Made by a program: the position numbers and the translations under genes. Shown piece by piece: positions 9,430 through 21,748 of a stretch of DNA of 64,000 nucleotides. The stretch's first letter is position 1. Every line of letters begins with the position of its first letter. The notes beneath the pieces were generated by a model. That model worked only from the letters and a program-made list of their open reading frames with translations, did no database searches and was not told the origin of the DNA. The stretch is from an uncultured Gemmatimonadales bacterium (GTDB lineage: Bacteria; Gemmatimonadota; Gemmatimonadetes; Longimicrobiales; Longimicrobiaceae): the NCBI GenBank assembly GCA_963716255.1, contig OY970303.1:4960001-5024000 (forward strand), in the 5' to 3' direction.

Positions 9430-10791
9430 TCAGCCGCCGTGCGCTTCCCGGTATGCTACCCCGGCGCGCCGAAGCCCGCCGTCGTCGCTGAGGAGCCGGA
9501 GAAGCCCTGGCTTGTCGACGCCCGCCAGCAAGGCGGCCGTCAACGCCGCGCGGTTGTATTCCAGGCAGCAGTGGAGGAGCGGAATGAGGCCGCCCGTTTC
9601 CGTCTCGATCCGGCGAAGCGCCTGGGGGCTCAGAACTCCCCCGTGGACGTAGCGGCTCCTCACGTCGTATGCCCGGCGGATCGTCCGCTGGACCTCGCCC
9701 GGATCGAAGCCGCACGCCTCCAGCAGCGCCGCCGCGCGCTCGGCGAGGTTCGAGGAGACCCGCTGTTTCTCGGTGTCCTGGAGGAAGAGCGACTCGAGCG
9801 AACGGACCACGTTCGCGATACGCTCGTTCACGTAACCGAAGCGGCCTGCTTCCGCCTTGTAGTTGAACCACGCCGCGTCGAGTCCCACCGGGTCTTCCGG
9901 CCGGTTCGAGTAGAACTCCCGGGGGAGGGCGGAGCCGACGGCCTCCCAGAACCGCGGCAGCCGCGCCGCGCCGGCGGCGAGGATGGAGTAGGTGCGCCGG
10001 GAGCCACCGTCCTGGTCCAGCAGGACGAAGCCTCCGTGCACGTCCACCAACGACTCCGTACCCGTCTCGGCCCGGCTCCAGGCGACTCCGCCGACGCCGA
10101 AGAGCCGGAGGATCGCCACCGCGCGCTCCAGGAGAGGCTGCCACCCGGCCCCGTCGGTCGCCTCGTATTCCAGTCGGAGGAGGGCGGAGGGGCGCGATCG
10201 CACGCGCCGCTCTGCCGCTTCCGACCATTCCAGGTAGATGTCGCCGCCAAGGTCAGCGGGCTCGACTTTGCGGAGGGACACCCGCACGCCGTCCGGAGCA
10301 TCGAACTCCAGCGGCGGGCAGAGCACCGCCACGCCCACCAGGTCGGCGTCGATCCAGGCGCGCACCGGCAGCGCGCGCAGCGAGCGGAACAGCCGCTCGG
10401 AGCGCCGCTCCACCTCGTCGTCGGGAACCCCGGTCCCTTCCAGCTCGTCCAGCATCAGCCACCCGCACATGTGTTCAGCGGCCCGGAGGACCGTGGACGG
10501 GTCAGGGTTGAGTCCGGACAGGGAGGCCGCGGCCGTCTCGATCTCCGGCCGCATCCCGGCCATGGCCCGTTGCAGCGGGTCGCCGATCCAGAGGTCCTTC
10601 ATCACGACGGACCGCCGGAGGTCGTGGTTGTCGATCCCCGCTTCACCATAGGCGAAGCGGGGGAACTCGAAGCGCACGTGGGGACGTGCCATGGGCCCCC
10701 ATGCGGGATCCCGGCGGAGCGCCACGAAACGAGCCCGGACGGCATCGCGCAGCTTGCGGACTGCTTCGGAGACGACAGGGTCAGGCGTCAC
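9430..10791 (-). CDS. ApeA-like HEPN domain protein (putative RNase / defence effector)
   Basis: C-terminal SLESLF...LAERAAALL...AYDVRSRYVHGG with an R-x4-H HEPN motif. Confidence 0.75.
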   Translation of the reverse strand: MTPDPVVSEAVRKLRDAVRARFVALRRDPAWGPMARPHVRFEFPRFAYGEAGIDNHDLRRSVVMKDLWIGDPLQRAMAGMRPEIETAAASLSGLNPDPSTVLRAAEHMCGWLMLDELEGTGVPDDEVERRSERLFRSLRALPVRAWIDADLVGVAVLCPPLEFDAPDGVRVSLRKVEPADLGGDIYLEWSEAAERRVRSRPSALLRLEYEATDGAGWQPLLERAVAILRLFGVGGVAWSRAETGTESLVDVHGGFVLLDQDGGSRRTYSILAAGAARLPRFWEAVGSALPREFYSNRPEDPVGLDAAWFNYKAEAGRFGYVNERIANVVRSLESLFLQDTEKQRVSSNLAERAAALLEACGFDPGEVQRTIRRAYDVRSRYVHGGVLSPQALRRIETETGGLIPLLHCCLEYNRAALTAALLAGVDKPGLLRLLSDDGGLRRAGVAYREAHGG

Positions 10792-11159
10792 GCTCTCTCG
10801 CTCTGCGGCGGGGTTCCATGAGATCTGAGCAGCCGCGAATCACCGTCCGAGGAGTCGGCCGCGTTCGATCTCCCACCCGAGCCGGCGATCCCCGCGCAAG
10901 CGTCGCGCCTGCTGGAGCGGCGTTGAGACACGCTGATGATCCGGTCCGAGGAGCCGGACCGGCAGGCCCCGCCCAGGTTCGTCCGGTGCGAGCGCCGCCC
11001 CGGGCAGAGATCCCTGGCCCCCCACGACTCTCCGGTTTGCTCCTACGCGGAATCGAGGGAAGCCCTACGCCCGGAGTGGCGCGGCCGAACCACCTTGAAT
11101 GATCGGACAGGCGCCCGCCGCGTCGGTGCGGCCGCGCGGAGGCCACCCTCGGCGGCAAG

Positions 11160-11291
11160 ATGATCCTGCGGGGGATGGTGCGCACCTGGTTGGAGCGCGA
11201 GGACGCCGAGCGGGCAGCCTGGGCCGCGCCGGGTGTGAAGGAGGTGGAAAGCCACATCACCCTCGGTGCCATGGAGCTGGCGGTCTTCTGA
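11160..11291 (+). pseudogene. BON-domain fragment; not in ORF track
   Basis: MILRGMVRTWLEREDAERAAWAAPGVKEVESHITL matches a BON C-terminal half. Confidence 0.65.
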
Positions 11292-11317
11292 GGACGAAGG
11301 AGGCAAGGAGGGTCGGC

Positions 11318-11725
11318 TCAGGCTCTCCCCGCGGCTTGCTTGGCCCTGCCCCGGGCGGCAGAAGAACGCGGCCCCGTCGCCTCCTGCGAGGTGGCGGGGC
11401 CGCTCCACACCTGGCCTGCCCCCTCCAGCCGGGCTCCGGTCCCAGTGCTGATCCTGGCCGACCAGACGACGCGCTCTCCTTCCAGCACGTAGAGGCGGTG
11501 CTCCTCCAGGGAGATCCGGACCTGCCGGCGTTCCGCGGACGCGGGCACCCGCGCGACGCCGAGCAGGCCCGCGTCCCAGGTGGGGAGGGACCCCGATGGC
11601 GGTGCGGGCTGCTGGGCCGCGGCACAGTTCCGCGGCCGCACCACCAGCAGGGCGAGCGGCATCGCCAGCGTGAGGGCGAGGCGCAGCTGCCGCGCAGGCG
11701 AGGCCGGCCTGCTGCCCCGTCTCAT
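11318..11725 (-). pseudogene. Truncated L,D-transpeptidase (YkuD-like) fragment
   Basis: Signal-like N-terminus; VRISLEEHRLYVLEGERVVWSARISTG; no catalytic HG...SxGC motif. Confidence 0.6.
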
Positions 11726-12048
11726 TGCGCACCTGCCAGCTTCGAGAGGACCTGCCGGAACTGCTCGGCGGGAAGCGCGCCCTCCACCAGGCGGCCGTTG
11801 ATGAAGAAGGAGGGCGTGGCACGCACCCGCAGGGCGTCGGCGGCGCGGTTGTTGAGGGCGGTCCGGGCGCCTCCGCGATCTTCGTGGTAGCAGGTGGCAA
11901 AGCGGCTGCCGTCCCTCAGCTCGTCCAGGGTGAGCCCCGTCACGAACCCCACGTAGCTGGGCACGATCGGGAAGACGCAGGGCGACAGGAACGAGACCAG
12001 CCCGGCCAGGAAGGCGAGCCCGAGCGGGAACGAGGCAAACTCCGTCAT
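11722..12048 (-). pseudogene. Deletion chimera: CcdA/DsbD N-terminus joined to a DsbA/thioredoxin C-terminus
   Basis: FLAGLVSFLSPCVFPIVPSY followed directly by RATPSFFINGRLVEGALPAEQF in 108 aa. Confidence 0.7.
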
Positions 12049-12448
12049 CGACCACCTCCCTGCCTCGGGGAGCCGGGGAGCGGCTCATCCAGCAGGCGGC
12101 CCACCGCCATCCGCAGCGCCGGCTCCGCGAACATCCCCCGCACCTCCTGCCGGATGCGTCCCTCGCGGTCGATCAGGAAGGAGGTGGGGAGCGCGGAGAC
12201 CCCGCCGAAGTCGCGGACGACCGCTCCGGTGGCCATCGCCACCGGGAAGGTGATGCCCCGCTCCTGGAGGAACGAGCGCACACCTCCTCCCCCGCCTGGT
12301 CCGTGGAGATCCCGAGGACGACGAAGCCGTCGCCGCGCCGTTCCTCGTAGACGCGCTGGAAGCCCGGCATCTCGATGCGGCAGGGCGGGCACCAGGTGGC
12401 CCAGAAGTTCACCAGCACCACCTGTCCGCGGAGCTGCTCCAGCTCCAC
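12045..12448 (-). pseudogene. TlpA-family thiol-disulfide oxidoreductase, frameshifted and N-truncated
   Basis: VVLVNFWATWCPPCRIEMP in one frame; VRSFLQERGITFPVA...LPTSFLIDREGRI in another; shift near 12280. Confidence 0.8.
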
Positions 12449-12519
12449 GTGGGCCCCCGTGTCCCGGACCCCGAGCGAGGAGGATCCGCCTGCGTCCCAC
12501 CCGCCCGGCGAGGCACCAC

Positions 12520-12648
12520 GGGCTCATCCACGTGGGCGCCGATCTCCGCGGCGTGCTCTCCCAGGGTGTCCAGCGGCACATTGTAGGCGCCGGGGATGTG
12601 CACCGTCTCGTACTCGCCCGGCGTCCGCACGTCGAGTAGGCGGATCCT
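12520..12648 (-). pseudogene. Rhodanese-domain fragment
   Basis: LLDVRTPGEYETVHIPGAYNVPLDTL; no active-site Cys region follows. Confidence 0.7.
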
Positions 12649-12894
12649 GGAACAGACCCGCGAACGGGCACACCTCGGCTCGGGGAGGGCACCCTGAACA
12701 TGATGGAAGTCCCGGAGGTCCGGAGCCGCACGACGGTGCTTCTCGTTCGGGGCGCAACGAGGCTTCAGCTGGACAAAGGCCAGGCGCCCGCGCGCGCTGC
12801 GTCCCTACTGCGAGACCCCGGGGATCGGTTCAGGCGTCCGGAAGCCCAGGAACCCCGGGTGACGTAGCGGAACGTACCGTTGCGGCGGGCCAGG

Positions 12895-13287
12895 TCACGG
12901 CGCCTCCTCCACGTGCCGGACCCCCTCCTCCAGGAGGCGGTCGATGTGCTCGTCGTCGAGGGCGTAGTAGGCGATCTTGCCTTCCTTGCGGTAGCGCACC
13001 AGGCGGAGCTGCCGGAGCGCGCGCAGGGAGTGGGATACGGCGGACTGCGACATCCCGAGGACGTTGGCGAGGTCGCAGACGCACAGCTCCTCGCGCGAGA
13101 GCGCCCACACGATCGAAAGGCGGGTGGGGTCGCCCAGCACCTTGAACGTCTCCGCGAGCGCGGCCAAGGTCGGTGCGGGCTTCATCTCGTTCCGGGCGCG
13201 CCGGACCTTGACCTCGTCCACGCACTGGACTTCGCAAAGGTCGCTCCCCGCCTGGGGAACTACTCCTACCTGTTTGCTTGCACGCAT
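12895..13287 (-). CDS. ArsR/SmtB metalloregulator (CadC/ZiaR-like)
   Basis: CEVQC and ELCVCD (alpha3N site); DEH-x10-H-x2-E (alpha5 site); FKVLGDPTRL; SQSAVSHSL. Confidence 0.93.
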   Translation of the reverse strand: MRASKQVGVVPQAGSDLCEVQCVDEVKVRRARNEMKPAPTLAALAETFKVLGDPTRLSIVWALSREELCVCDLANVLGMSQSAVSHSLRALRQLRLVRYRKEGKIAYYALDDEHIDRLLEEGVRHVEEAP

Positions 13288-13301
13288 GAACACCCTTTCA
13301 T
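13286..13301. promoter_or_regulatory. SmtB/CzrA-type operator ATGAA-N6-TTCAT
   Basis: ATGAACACCCTTTCAT overlaps the regulator start, between divergent genes. Confidence 0.7.
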
Positions 13302-13376
13302 ATATTGAGGCCGACGAATCATATTCGGGCCCGGGACACCTGTCCAGGCCCGTGGCACCACCCGCAAACCTCGCTC

Positions 13377-13742
13377 GTGCGTAGACTGCTCGCCCTCGTC
13401 CTGCTGCTCGTGACCGCTGCCTCCGCTCTGGAGTCGGTGCGGGGCGAGCTGCGCGACGGCGCGGTACACCACGAAAGCGCTGCCACGGCTGCCTTCCACG
13501 CGCTCGACGCGCAGGGGGACCACGGCCACGAGGACGGCTCCCTCCCCGGGAGCCACCGCCACTCGCGCGGACACGAGCACGGTACGAACTCCGACCACTG
13601 CACGCACCAGCACGGTCCTGCCATGCTGACTGCTGCCGAGGAGCCCCTTTTCACCTGCCTCACCCGCGAGCCAACGGTCGCCGTAGCCGCGTTCTTCCCC
13701 GACCGAACCCCAGTCCGGCTCTTCCACCCTCCGCGCGCGTAA
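13377..13742 (+). CDS. His-rich small exported/membrane protein upstream of the czc operon
   Basis: Hydrophobic N-terminus; His-rich core HGHE...HRHSRGHEH...DHCTHQH; C-terminal FHPPRA. Confidence 0.6.
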   Translation: MRRLLALVLLLVTAASALESVRGELRDGAVHHESAATAAFHALDAQGDHGHEDGSLPGSHRHSRGHEHGTNSDHCTHQHGPAMLTAAEEPLFTCLTREPTVAVAAFFPDRTPVRLFHPPRA

Positions 13743-13903
13743 CCCTACGGCGAGTCGTCCGGCGAGCCTCCGCTCCGCCCGGGACCGCCAGCGTCCGCTC
13801 AGGACGCATCTCGAACCATCCGTAGCTCCAGACCACCGGTCGCGATTCCCCACAGGCACCTGCCCGTGGGGAGCGCCCGGGCACATTCGAGAGAGGGTCC
13901 TAC

Positions 13904-15259
13904 GTGATCTCCGTACTTCGTGCACTCCGTCCGCGCGGACGGTGGCGCCTGCCGCATCCCCTCGTGGGATCCGGGGTGCTCGCGCTCGCGCTCCTGTTCC
14001 CGGTTTACGCGCCTGCGCAGGAGGCTCGCGGAGCCGGTGCGCTCCGGGACGCCGTCCTCCGCTCCAACCCCGAGCTCGCCGCCCGGCGGGCCGCCGTACA
14101 GGCGGCCGAGGCGCGGGCCCGCTCCGCCGGCTTCGCCGCGCCTGCCGTACTCTCCGGAGAGGCGGAGGAGATCCCCGGCATCAACCTCCGCAACGCCTCC
14201 GTGCGCCTGGAGGTCGAGAAGGAGTTCCTGTCCCGAGGGCGGCGCGACGCCGCGCGCGCGCTCGCCGCGGCCGAGACGCGGGCCGCCTCCGCGCAGCTCG
14301 CGTCCGCCGAGCGCCGGGTCGCGGCGCTGGCCGCACGCGCGCTGACTCGGGCGGCGGGGTGGTCCGCAATCGCCCGCCGGCTGGGCGCGGAGGACTCGCT
14401 CCTGGTGTCCGCGGAGGCCGCGCTCCGCGCCCGCTTCTCCGTGGGGGACGCGCGCTACGTGGACGTGCTGCGCCTCCGCACTGAGCGGCTGCGCGTGCAG
14501 TCCGAGCGGGCCGAGGCGGCCGCGGAGGCGCGCGCCGGCCGCGTCGCCCTGGACGCGCTCCTCGGCCCCGCATCCGGGCCGGAGCGGACCACGCTGCTGG
14601 AGGGGGCGCTGGCGGAGGCGGTGGACCGCACGCCCACGGCGCTCTCGCCTCCCCCCGACGTCGACTCCCTCCTGGCGCAGTCCGGGGCCGTCCGCCTCGC
14701 CGAAGTCGCGGTGGAGCGCGCTCGGGCCGGGCGGCAGCTCCTCCTCGCGGAACAGCGTCCCCGCCTGGCCGGGGCGGTCGGAGTCCAGCGCTTTCCCTCC
14801 GACGAGGGGGGAAGCTCGCTCGGACCGACGCTCGGCGCCTCCGTGTCGCTGCCGTTCACCGCCCGCCGCGCCAACGCGACCGCCGCGCAGGCGGCCGGGG
14901 CGGACGTGGCCGCCGCGGAGGCGGAGCGCAGCGCCATGGTCGCCGCGGTGCGCGCGGAACTGGTCGCGGCGCGGGAGCGCTACGAGGCCGCGCGCACCCG
15001 GCTGGCCGTGTACGACGCTGCGCTGCTGCGCGGCGCGCGGGAGGAGCGGGAGGCCGCCCTGGCGAGCTTCCGCACGGGGGAACTCTCGCTGATCGAGCTG
15101 CTGGACTTCGAGCGGGCGCTGGCCCGCGCCGAGACCGAGCGCCTGCGCAGCGTCCTGGACGCCGCCGATGCGCTCGCCGACCTGCTCGCCGCCGGGACCG
15201 ACGCCGGCGGGTCCGAGCCCCACGACACCGACCGCCGCTCCGGGGCGAGCCATGAATAG
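13904..15259 (+). CDS. czcC: TolC-family outer membrane factor (CzcC-like)
   Basis: NPELAARRAAV, RFSVGDARYVDV, SFRTGELSLIELLD; position in operon. Confidence 0.85.
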   Translation: MISVLRALRPRGRWRLPHPLVGSGVLALALLFPVYAPAQEARGAGALRDAVLRSNPELAARRAAVQAAEARARSAGFAAPAVLSGEAEEIPGINLRNASVRLEVEKEFLSRGRRDAARALAAAETRAASAQLASAERRVAALAARALTRAAGWSAIARRLGAEDSLLVSAEAALRARFSVGDARYVDVLRLRTERLRVQSERAEAAAEARAGRVALDALLGPASGPERTTLLEGALAEAVDRTPTALSPPPDVDSLLAQSGAVRLAEVAVERARAGRQLLLAEQRPRLAGAVGVQRFPSDEGGSSLGPTLGASVSLPFTARRANATAAQAAGADVAAAEAERSAMVAAVRAELVAARERYEAARTRLAVYDAALLRGAREEREAALASFRTGELSLIELLDFERALARAETERLRSVLDAADALADLLAAGTDAGGSEPHDTDRRSGASHE

Positions 15260-16472
15260 AGACCGATTTCCGACCGTCCGCGGGGACGCGCTGGCCGCGC
15301 TGCTCGCGGCCCTGATGCTGGTCCCCTCCGCCTGCAACTCCGGAGGAGAGGAGCAGGCCGAGGAGACCCACGCCGAGGCCGGGGAGCACGCCGGCGACGG
15401 GCACGCAGAGGGTGAGGAGCACGCAGAAGACGCGCGCGTTACGCTCGCCGAGGCCGCCTACCGCACCGCGCAGATCCGGGTGGAGCCCGTCGGGACCGAG
15501 GCGGTCGCCGCGGCGAGCGGCGGCCTCCAGGTCCCCGGGCAGGTGGAGTTCGAGCCCGAGCGGGTCGCGATGGTCTCTCCCCGGGTAGCGGGCCGCGTCG
15601 AGCGGCTGACCGTGGTGGAGGGCGACCGCGTCCGCGCCGGGCAGACCGTGGCCCTGCTCACCAGCCCCACCTACCTGACCGCGCAGAACGACCTGGTCCA
15701 GGCGGTCCGCCGGGCGGAGCTGCTCGCCGGCACGCAGGACGAGCAGGGCGCCCGCGCGCTGGCCGAGGCCGCACGCCGGCGGCTCCGGCTGCTGGGGGTG
15801 GGCGACGCCGCCATCTCCCGGATCACCTCCAGCGGGGAGATCAGCCCCCTGCTCCCGGTGCCCGCGCCCTTCGCGGGGAGCATCGTGGAAAAGTATGCGC
15901 TCGCCGGCACCGCGGTGGAGCCCGGGACCCCGCTCTTCAAGATCGCCGACCTGTCGGCGGTGGACGTGGTGGCGGAGGTGCCGGAGCGCTCGATGCCGCT
16001 GCTGCGGATCGGGCAGCGCGCCGCGATCGCCATCCCCGCCTACCCGGCGCTGCGCTTCGAGGGGCGGGTGGAGCGGCTGCGCGACCAGCTCGATCCCACC
16101 ACGCGCACGGTCAAGACCATCATCCACGTCCCCAACCCGGAGCGGGCGCTCCGACCGGGGATGTTCGCGAACGTCACGCTGGACGCGGCCGCGGGTGCGA
16201 CCGGGTCCGCACCGGCTGCGGTGCTCACCATCCCGGAGTCCGCCGTGGTGACCGACGGCGACGAGCGCTACGTGTTCGTGGAGGTGGGGCCGCGCAGCTT
16301 CGAGCGGCGCGAGGTAGTGGTGGAGTCGTTGAGCCCGCCGGGCTCCACCCTGCCCGCGGGGAGCCGGGTGGCGGTGCGCTCCGGCCTGACAGCGGGAGAG
16401 CGGATCGCGGTGAGCGGCGCCTTCACCCTCAAGTCGGAGATGGCCAAGGCCGGCTTCTCCCACGACCACTGA
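15252..16472 (+). CDS. czcB: RND periplasmic adaptor (CzcB/CusB-like)
   Basis: Lipobox SAC, His-rich N-terminus, VSPRVAGRVERL, LRPGMFA. Confidence 0.9.
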   Translation: MNRDRFPTVRGDALAALLAALMLVPSACNSGGEEQAEETHAEAGEHAGDGHAEGEEHAEDARVTLAEAAYRTAQIRVEPVGTEAVAAASGGLQVPGQVEFEPERVAMVSPRVAGRVERLTVVEGDRVRAGQTVALLTSPTYLTAQNDLVQAVRRAELLAGTQDEQGARALAEAARRRLRLLGVGDAAISRITSSGEISPLLPVPAPFAGSIVEKYALAGTAVEPGTPLFKIADLSAVDVVAEVPERSMPLLRIGQRAAIAIPAYPALRFEGRVERLRDQLDPTTRTVKTIIHVPNPERALRPGMFANVTLDAAAGATGSAPAAVLTIPESAVVTDGDERYVFVEVGPRSFERREVVVESLSPPGSTLPAGSRVAVRSGLTAGERIAVSGAFTLKSEMAKAGFSHDH

Positions 16473-16482
16473 GGAGGCCGCC

Positions 16483-19638
<3,156 letters not shown>

Positions 19639-19639
19639 C

Positions 19640-20110
19640 ATGGTCCGCACCAACACCGCGGCGTGGAACCGGGTCCGCTACACCCTCTACGCCCCGTTCT
19701 ACGACCTTGTCGTCCGCTACCTGGACCGGGGCCGCCGTCGCGCGCTGCAGCTCCTCGACGTGCGGCCGAGGGAGCGGGTGCTCCTCGTCGGCTGCGGCAC
19801 CGGGCTCGACCTGGACCACCTGCCGGCGGACGCCGAAGTCACGGCGATCGACTACACGCCGGCGATGGTGGAGCGGACCCGGGCGCGGGCCCGGTCGCTC
19901 GGCAGGCAGGTGACGGCGGAGGTGATGGACGCGCAGCGGCTGGACCTCCCCGGCGGGAGCTTCAACTGCGTGGTGCTGCACCTGGTCCTGGCCGTCGTCC
20001 CGGAGGCGGAGGCGTGCGCCCGGGAGTCTGCGCGGGTGCTCCGCGGCCGGCCGAGCGGCCATCCGGGGCGGCGCGCGCGACTTCCCGGGGTCACGGGGCT
20101 TCCAGCGTGA
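19640..20110 (+). pseudogene. Class I SAM methyltransferase (PmtA-like), C-terminally truncated
   Basis: YAPFYD, VLLVGCGTGLD, ESARVLR, then similarity is lost where it meets the convergent gene. Confidence 0.7.
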
Positions 20111-20561
20111 GCAGCACCTTCACCTCGGCGGCCTCGGGCGCGGCGAGCGCGGCGGCCGGGACGTAGCCCACGGCGCCGGGCGTGCGGGCCACGTACAGGA
20201 GGACGGCGCGCTCGCTCTCCAGCACCGGGGGCGGGCGGGTGCCGTGGAAGTAGAGGTCGTTGAAGTAGTCGGCCAGGTCGCGGGGGGTGCGGCCCAGCAC
20301 CGCGCGGGAGAAGGCGAGCCGCGTCGGCGAGCCGGCGGGGAGGTTGACCGGGAGGATGCGCGTCCCGCCGCGCCAGAAGCGGCGGCGCAGCAAAAAGATG
20401 CGCCGCACCTCGCCCGCGTCCAGCCGCGACTCGGGGACGCGCGCGTGGGCGACCACCGCCAGCGGAGCCGCGGCGTCCTCCCCCCCGGCGCCCGCCCACG
20501 CCGCCGCGGGAGCCAGCGCCACCGCGAGCGCTAGAAGAGCCCCGAGAGCGAGACGAGCCAT
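20091..20561 (-). CDS. Small PstS-like periplasmic binding-protein homologue
   Basis: Signal peptide; EVRRIFL...W..G..ILPVN; PPPVLESERAVLLYVARTPGAVGYV. Confidence 0.75.
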   Translation of the reverse strand: MARLALGALLALAVALAPAAAWAGAGGEDAAAPLAVVAHARVPESRLDAGEVRRIFLLRRRFWRGGTRILPVNLPAGSPTRLAFSRAVLGRTPRDLADYFNDLYFHGTRPPPVLESERAVLLYVARTPGAVGYVPAAALAAPEAAEVKVLLTLEAP

Positions 20562-21646
20562 CCGTCGGCGACGCGGCGGGAGGGGCGGCTGGTGGCCTGG
20601 CGCTCCACCTTGAGCGCCAGGCGCGAGGTGGGGCGCCAGTTGAGCCCCGCGGTGTAGATGCGCAGCGGGCCGCTGACCACGGGGTCGTACGCCTCGGCGC
20701 GCCCCACCAGGTGGAGCCCGCGCGCCAGCGGGACGGCCGCCTGGACGTAGCCTCCCCGCTCGGCCGGGGCGTCTCCGGATGCGCTCAGCCAGGTCGCCTC
20801 GGAAAGGAGGTGGAAGCCGCCGATCGTCCACGACAGGTCCGCCCCCATGAGCGCGCGCGTCTCCCGGTCCTCCAGGCGGTCGTCGTCCTCCGGATCCCGC
20901 GCGCGGTCCGCCGGGAGCCGGGTGGCGTCCGGGCTCTCGTCGTCCTCGTCCGGCTCCGGCCCGCCCGCGCGACGCGAGGCGCGGATGCCTGCGCTGCTGA
21001 ACCCCACGTGCAGGCCAGGTACGAGCTCGAAGACCGCCCGGGTCCCGGCCGCGCGGAGGAAGGTGCTCTCCTCCCCCTCGCCCTCCAGCCCGATCCCGGG
21101 GGCGACCCACACCGCGTACCCCGCGTCGCGAGGCCCCAGGGCGAACTGCCCGGCCACCATGGCGCCCGTGGTGCTCTTGGCGAAGGCGCGGTAGGTGGTC
21201 AGTGGCCGCCCGGCCGTCCAGGTGAGCGGCGCGGCGTGGAGCTCGTTCCACTGTCCCACCGGGGTCAGGAAGCGTCCCACCCGCAGCCGCAGGGCGTCCG
21301 ACGCGGCCAGCTCCAGGTAGGCGCGCTCCACCTCCAGCCAGCGCTCGTCCTCGCGGCCGGTGAAGGTCTCTCGGCTCACACTGGCCGCCTCGATCTCGGC
21401 GAAATAGCTTAGTCTCCGCCAGGGCGTCCCCGAGAGGAGGAGGGCCACCGCCGCCTCGTTCAGCTCCGGGTCGGAATCCGCCGAGTCGCCGGGCGAGACG
21501 CGCAGGGTCACGGCCGCGTAGCCTCCGGCCGAGACGGGGCCGGGGGCGCTGGCGGGCGGCGCGGGGAGCTGCGCGGCCACGGGCGCGGCCAGGAGCGCGG
21601 CCGCGAGGGCGAGGGCCGCCGGAAGGCGGCGGAGGTCGGGGTTCAT
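20531..21646 (-). CDS. Outer-membrane beta-barrel (porin-like)
   Basis: Signal peptide; VERAYLEL, LRVGRFLTPVGQWNELH; C-terminal LSGLF. Confidence 0.75.
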   Translation of the reverse strand: MNPDLRRLPAALALAAALLAAPVAAQLPAPPASAPGPVSAGGYAAVTLRVSPGDSADSDPELNEAAVALLLSGTPWRRLSYFAEIEAASVSRETFTGREDERWLEVERAYLELAASDALRLRVGRFLTPVGQWNELHAAPLTWTAGRPLTTYRAFAKSTTGAMVAGQFALGPRDAGYAVWVAPGIGLEGEGEESTFLRAAGTRAVFELVPGLHVGFSSAGIRASRRAGGPEPDEDDESPDATRLPADRARDPEDDDRLEDRETRALMGADLSWTIGGFHLLSEATWLSASGDAPAERGGYVQAAVPLARGLHLVGRAEAYDPVVSGPLRIYTAGLNWRPTSRLALKVERQATSRPSRRVADGWLVSLSGLF

Positions 21647-21748
21647 CGTCGGTGGTCTGCCCCCAGGGGGTCCGTCCTGAAAGCTACGTCTTCCCTCCCG
21701 CTCCGCGCGAGGTGGCGGCCTGCGACGCTCGCGGCGCGCCTGGCCGCC

